From an uncultured bacterium (GTDB taxonomy: Bacteria > Spirochaetota > Leptospiria > Turneriellales > Turneriellaceae), in assembly GCA_938038265.1 (NCBI GenBank), contig CALHRC010000079.1, positions 1 through 15,513 of the forward strand: 15,513 nucleotides of DNA, given 5' to 3'. The position numbers were made by a program, and so were the translations under genes. The notes beneath the pieces are model-generated. The model was given only the letters and a program-made list of their open reading frames with translations, did no database searches and had not been told where the DNA came from. Numbering within the stretch: position 1 is the stretch's first letter; every line of letters starts with the position of its first letter. This document shows, piece after piece, positions 15,278 to 15,513 of the stretch.

Positions 15278-15513
15278 AATTTTCGCTTATGTGAGGATGT
15301 TTTACCCCGAGCAAGTCCACCGCTGCCGTAATTTTTCTGCATGTGGGATGTTTTCCCGCCGCTGCCCAGTTTCTCGCATGGGCTGATGTTAGACTTGCAC
15401 TGCCTAATTTTTGCAAATGTGGGGATATTTTCTTGCCGAGCAGCTTGACCAGTTCACTGGTGCCGTATTTTTGAGGATATTTGAGGGGGTGCATCCGCCT
15501 GAAAGAGCGCGCG
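15278..15513. repeat. Degenerate tandem repeat array, at least 4 units starting at 15278, 15330, 15406 and 15467. Each begins AATTTTT(c)-N3-5-ATGTG(R)GGATRTTTTCC. Truncated by the window edge.
   Basis: Aligned by eye with periods of 52, 76 and 61 bp. Unit tails are related (CCGAGCA...CTGCCGT). Lies upstream of alaS in its promoter-distal region. Confidence 0.6.

Noticed and set aside
15252-15494. 80-aa minus-strand ORF at the 3' edge
   Set aside because: It translates the tandem repeats and produces a periodic KHPxxxK peptide pattern, with no Shine-Dalgarno. It is more plausibly non-coding regulatory or repeat DNA.
15278-15513. Possible CRISPR array
   Set aside because: Repeats are only about 65-75% identical, unit lengths vary (52, 76, 61 bp), and the 'spacers' are themselves related to each other. 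This is not CRISPR-like.
1-15513. tRNA, rRNA, transposase, integrase or a defence-system gene set
   Set aside because: I found no tRNA-like cloverleaf, no rRNA-like segment, and no ORF resembling a transposase, integrase, restriction, toxin-antitoxin or Cas protein. Apart from two unknowns, all long ORFs are recognisable housekeeping families.

Overview
This window reads as a mostly housekeeping chromosomal segment from a low-GC Gram-negative bacterium. GC looks roughly 40-45% by eye. The gene content (gshA/gshB, grxD, bolA-family, ispB, purB, pyrC, bpt, alaS) is proteobacterial. My guess of a gammaproteobacterium of Legionellales-like composition is inference only.

Plus-strand genes, in order:
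- A near-consensus promoter followed by a 55-aa Pro-rich ORF or CA-rich leader, then an unrecognised 272-aa coiled-coil protein with a lysine-rich tail.
- A tightly coupled thiol-redox run: CPYC glutaredoxin, BolA-family protein, CGFS monothiol glutaredoxin GrxD, a short-family glutamate-cysteine ligase, glutathione synthetase GshB, and a glutathione S-transferase.
- An ABC-2 type exporter (ATPase plus permease) that follows the GST with a 1-nt gap.
- An SPFH (band-7) protein with a Gly/Met-rich hexanucleotide-repeat linker and a SHOCT-like C-terminus.
- Octaprenyl-diphosphate synthase IspB.

On the minus strand, adenylosuccinate lyase PurB, dihydroorotase PyrC, a Bpt/Ate1-like aminoacyl-tRNA-protein transferase and alanyl-tRNA synthetase AlaS converge on ispB.

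I found no rRNA, tRNA, CRISPR array, transposase or integrase, and no clear multi-gene novel system such as a defence island. The structure that known genes do not explain is non-coding:
- A ~310-bp region at the 5' end (21-330). Two ~60-bp direct repeats, each carrying a perfect 22-bp palindrome centred on GAATTC and a C5/G5 hairpin, flank two tandem hairpins built from four alternating copies of GTCCGACA.
- A degenerate tandem repeat array (at least 4 copies, 52-76-bp period) upstream of alaS at the 3' end.
- A GGGATG(G)TTTTYCC motif shared between both ends of the window.

The uncharacterised gene pair at 377-1381, with its unusual promoter and in-frame-stop arrangement, is the main coding candidate for novelty.
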